From: Pricia sp.
Lineage (GTDB): Bacteria > Bacteroidota > Bacteroidia > Flavobacteriales > Flavobacteriaceae
Direction of reading: 5' to 3'
Length of the DNA: 64,000 nt
Assembly (NCBI RefSeq): GCF_041745955.1
Contig: NZ_JBGTHY010000538.1
Span: 148-64,147, forward strand
Under the pieces are notes generated by a model. The model worked only from the letters and a program-made list of their open reading frames with translations. It had not been told where the DNA came from and made no database searches. Shown here one piece after another: positions 62,914 through 64,000 of this stretch. The translations under genes and the position numbers were made by a program. Numbering within the stretch: the stretch's first letter is position 1; each line of letters begins with the position of its first letter.

Positions 62914-64000
62914 ATGTCAAAAAAGAAGAAAAGTTCGAATACAAGCAAGTCGCGTAGAAACTTCGTGAAACATTCAGGGCTTGCGGCAGCAGGGTTCATG
63001 ATAGTACCTCGCCACGTGCTCGGCGGGCCAGGTTTTGTTGCGCCCAGTGACACCCTGAACATTGCAGGTATCGGAGTCGGCGGCAAGGGAAAAAGCGATC
63101 TATCATCGTTTGCCGAAAGTCCGAATGTGAATATCGTGGCACTTTGCGATGTTGATGACCGCCAAGCCGTAGAGGCGCGGGAAGCCTATCCTAAAGCCAA
63201 GTATTATCATGATTTTAGGGAAATGCTGGATAAGGAAAAGAACAACATCGACGCAGTTTCGGTCTCGACTCCGGACCACAACCACGCACCGGCGGCATAT
63301 AAGGCCATGGAGATGGGGAAACACGTTTACGTGCAAAAGCCCCTTACCCATGATATTTGGGAAGCCCGAATGCTGACCGAGGCTGCCAAAAAGTTCAAAG
63401 TGGTCACCCAAATGGGCAATCAGGGCGGATCGGGAGACGGCGTACGCAAAATGAAGGAAATTTACGATGCCGGACTTATCGGCGATGTACATACCGTACA
63501 ATGTTGGACAAACCGCGCCATTTGGCCGCAGGCCTTGGAAACTCCTACTACCAAAAATAAAATACCGAAAGGTTTAAATTGGGATTTGTGGTTGGGCACC
63601 GCGGAGGGCAGGGATTACAACGATGCCTATCTCCCCTTTGATTGGAGGGGCTGGTCCGATTTCGGAACCGGTGCGCTTGGCGATATGGCCTGTCATATCA
63701 TGGATCCCGTATATAGAATTCTCCCCATTCTCTATCCCACAACCGTGGAATGTAGCATATCGGATGCCTTTAAAGGCAAGTTCGAGACCGCCAACTACCC
63801 AAAAAGCTTTCCGAATTCCAGTACCATTCATCTCAAATATCCAAGAACGGACGGTATGGGCAGTATCGATGTCAGTTGGATGGATGGGGGATTACGCCCT
63901 GCCAGACCCGACGAGCTTGGCGATGATGACCCCTTTGGCAACTGGGACGGAGGTGTACTCTTTATTGGCACTAAAGGAAAGTTATTGGCCGATTGTTATG
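62914..64000 (+). CDS. Tat-exported Gfo/Idh/MocA oxidoreductase (partial)
   Basis: MSKKKKSSNTSKSRRNFVK..., IAGIGVGGKG, STPDHNH, HVYVQKP; runs off the window end. Confidence 0.9.
   Translation, partial: MSKKKKSSNTSKSRRNFVKHSGLAAAGFMIVPRHVLGGPGFVAPSDTLNIAGIGVGGKGKSDLSSFAESPNVNIVALCDVDDRQAVEAREAYPKAKYYHDFREMLDKEKNNIDAVSVSTPDHNHAPAAYKAMEMGKHVYVQKPLTHDIWEARMLTEAAKKFKVVTQMGNQGGSGDGVRKMKEIYDAGLIGDVHTVQCWTNRAIWPQALETPTTKNKIPKGLNWDLWLGTAEGRDYNDAYLPFDWRGWSDFGTGALGDMACHIMDPVYRILPILYPTTVECSISDAFKGKFETANYPKSFPNSSTIHLKYPRTDGMGSIDVSWMDGGLRPARPDELGDDDPFGNWDGGVLFIGTKGKLLADCY

Overview
Flavobacteriaceae-like (Bacteroidota) chromosomal window, judged from TAnnTTTG promoters and gene content. Bases 1-6178 are the tRNA-proximal part of a mobilizable island at the 3' end of tRNA-Asn. 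It carries an HTH/xis-like gene, a VirE/VapE ATPase, a TOPRIM primase, MobC, a relaxase, a DUF6730-like gene and an AT-rich 5'-nucleotidase cargo gene. No integrase is visible in the window, but iteron-like, oriT-like and arm-site-like repeats are. The rest is core genome: rseP, SCO, feoAB, katG, a PAS kinase with two receivers, a TonB/DUF5689-LTD/EEP-nuclease locus, M23 peptidase, TDO, hemJ, brxA/B, djlA-like, S41 peptidase, a TPR-LytS/LytTR two-component system and the suf operon (sufC frameshifted). The strongest candidate novelty is a pair of unannotated, mutually complementary ~100-nt small-RNA genes. RNA-A (35626-35731, -) has repeated UGGUU motifs and an anti-AUG segment. RNA-B (~54565-54661, +) lies behind LytTR-type repeats, divergent from the LytTR system, and carries AACCA motifs that could sponge RNA-A. 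Several REP/MITE-like palindromes are also present. All family assignments are from motif recognition and recall, not database searches.
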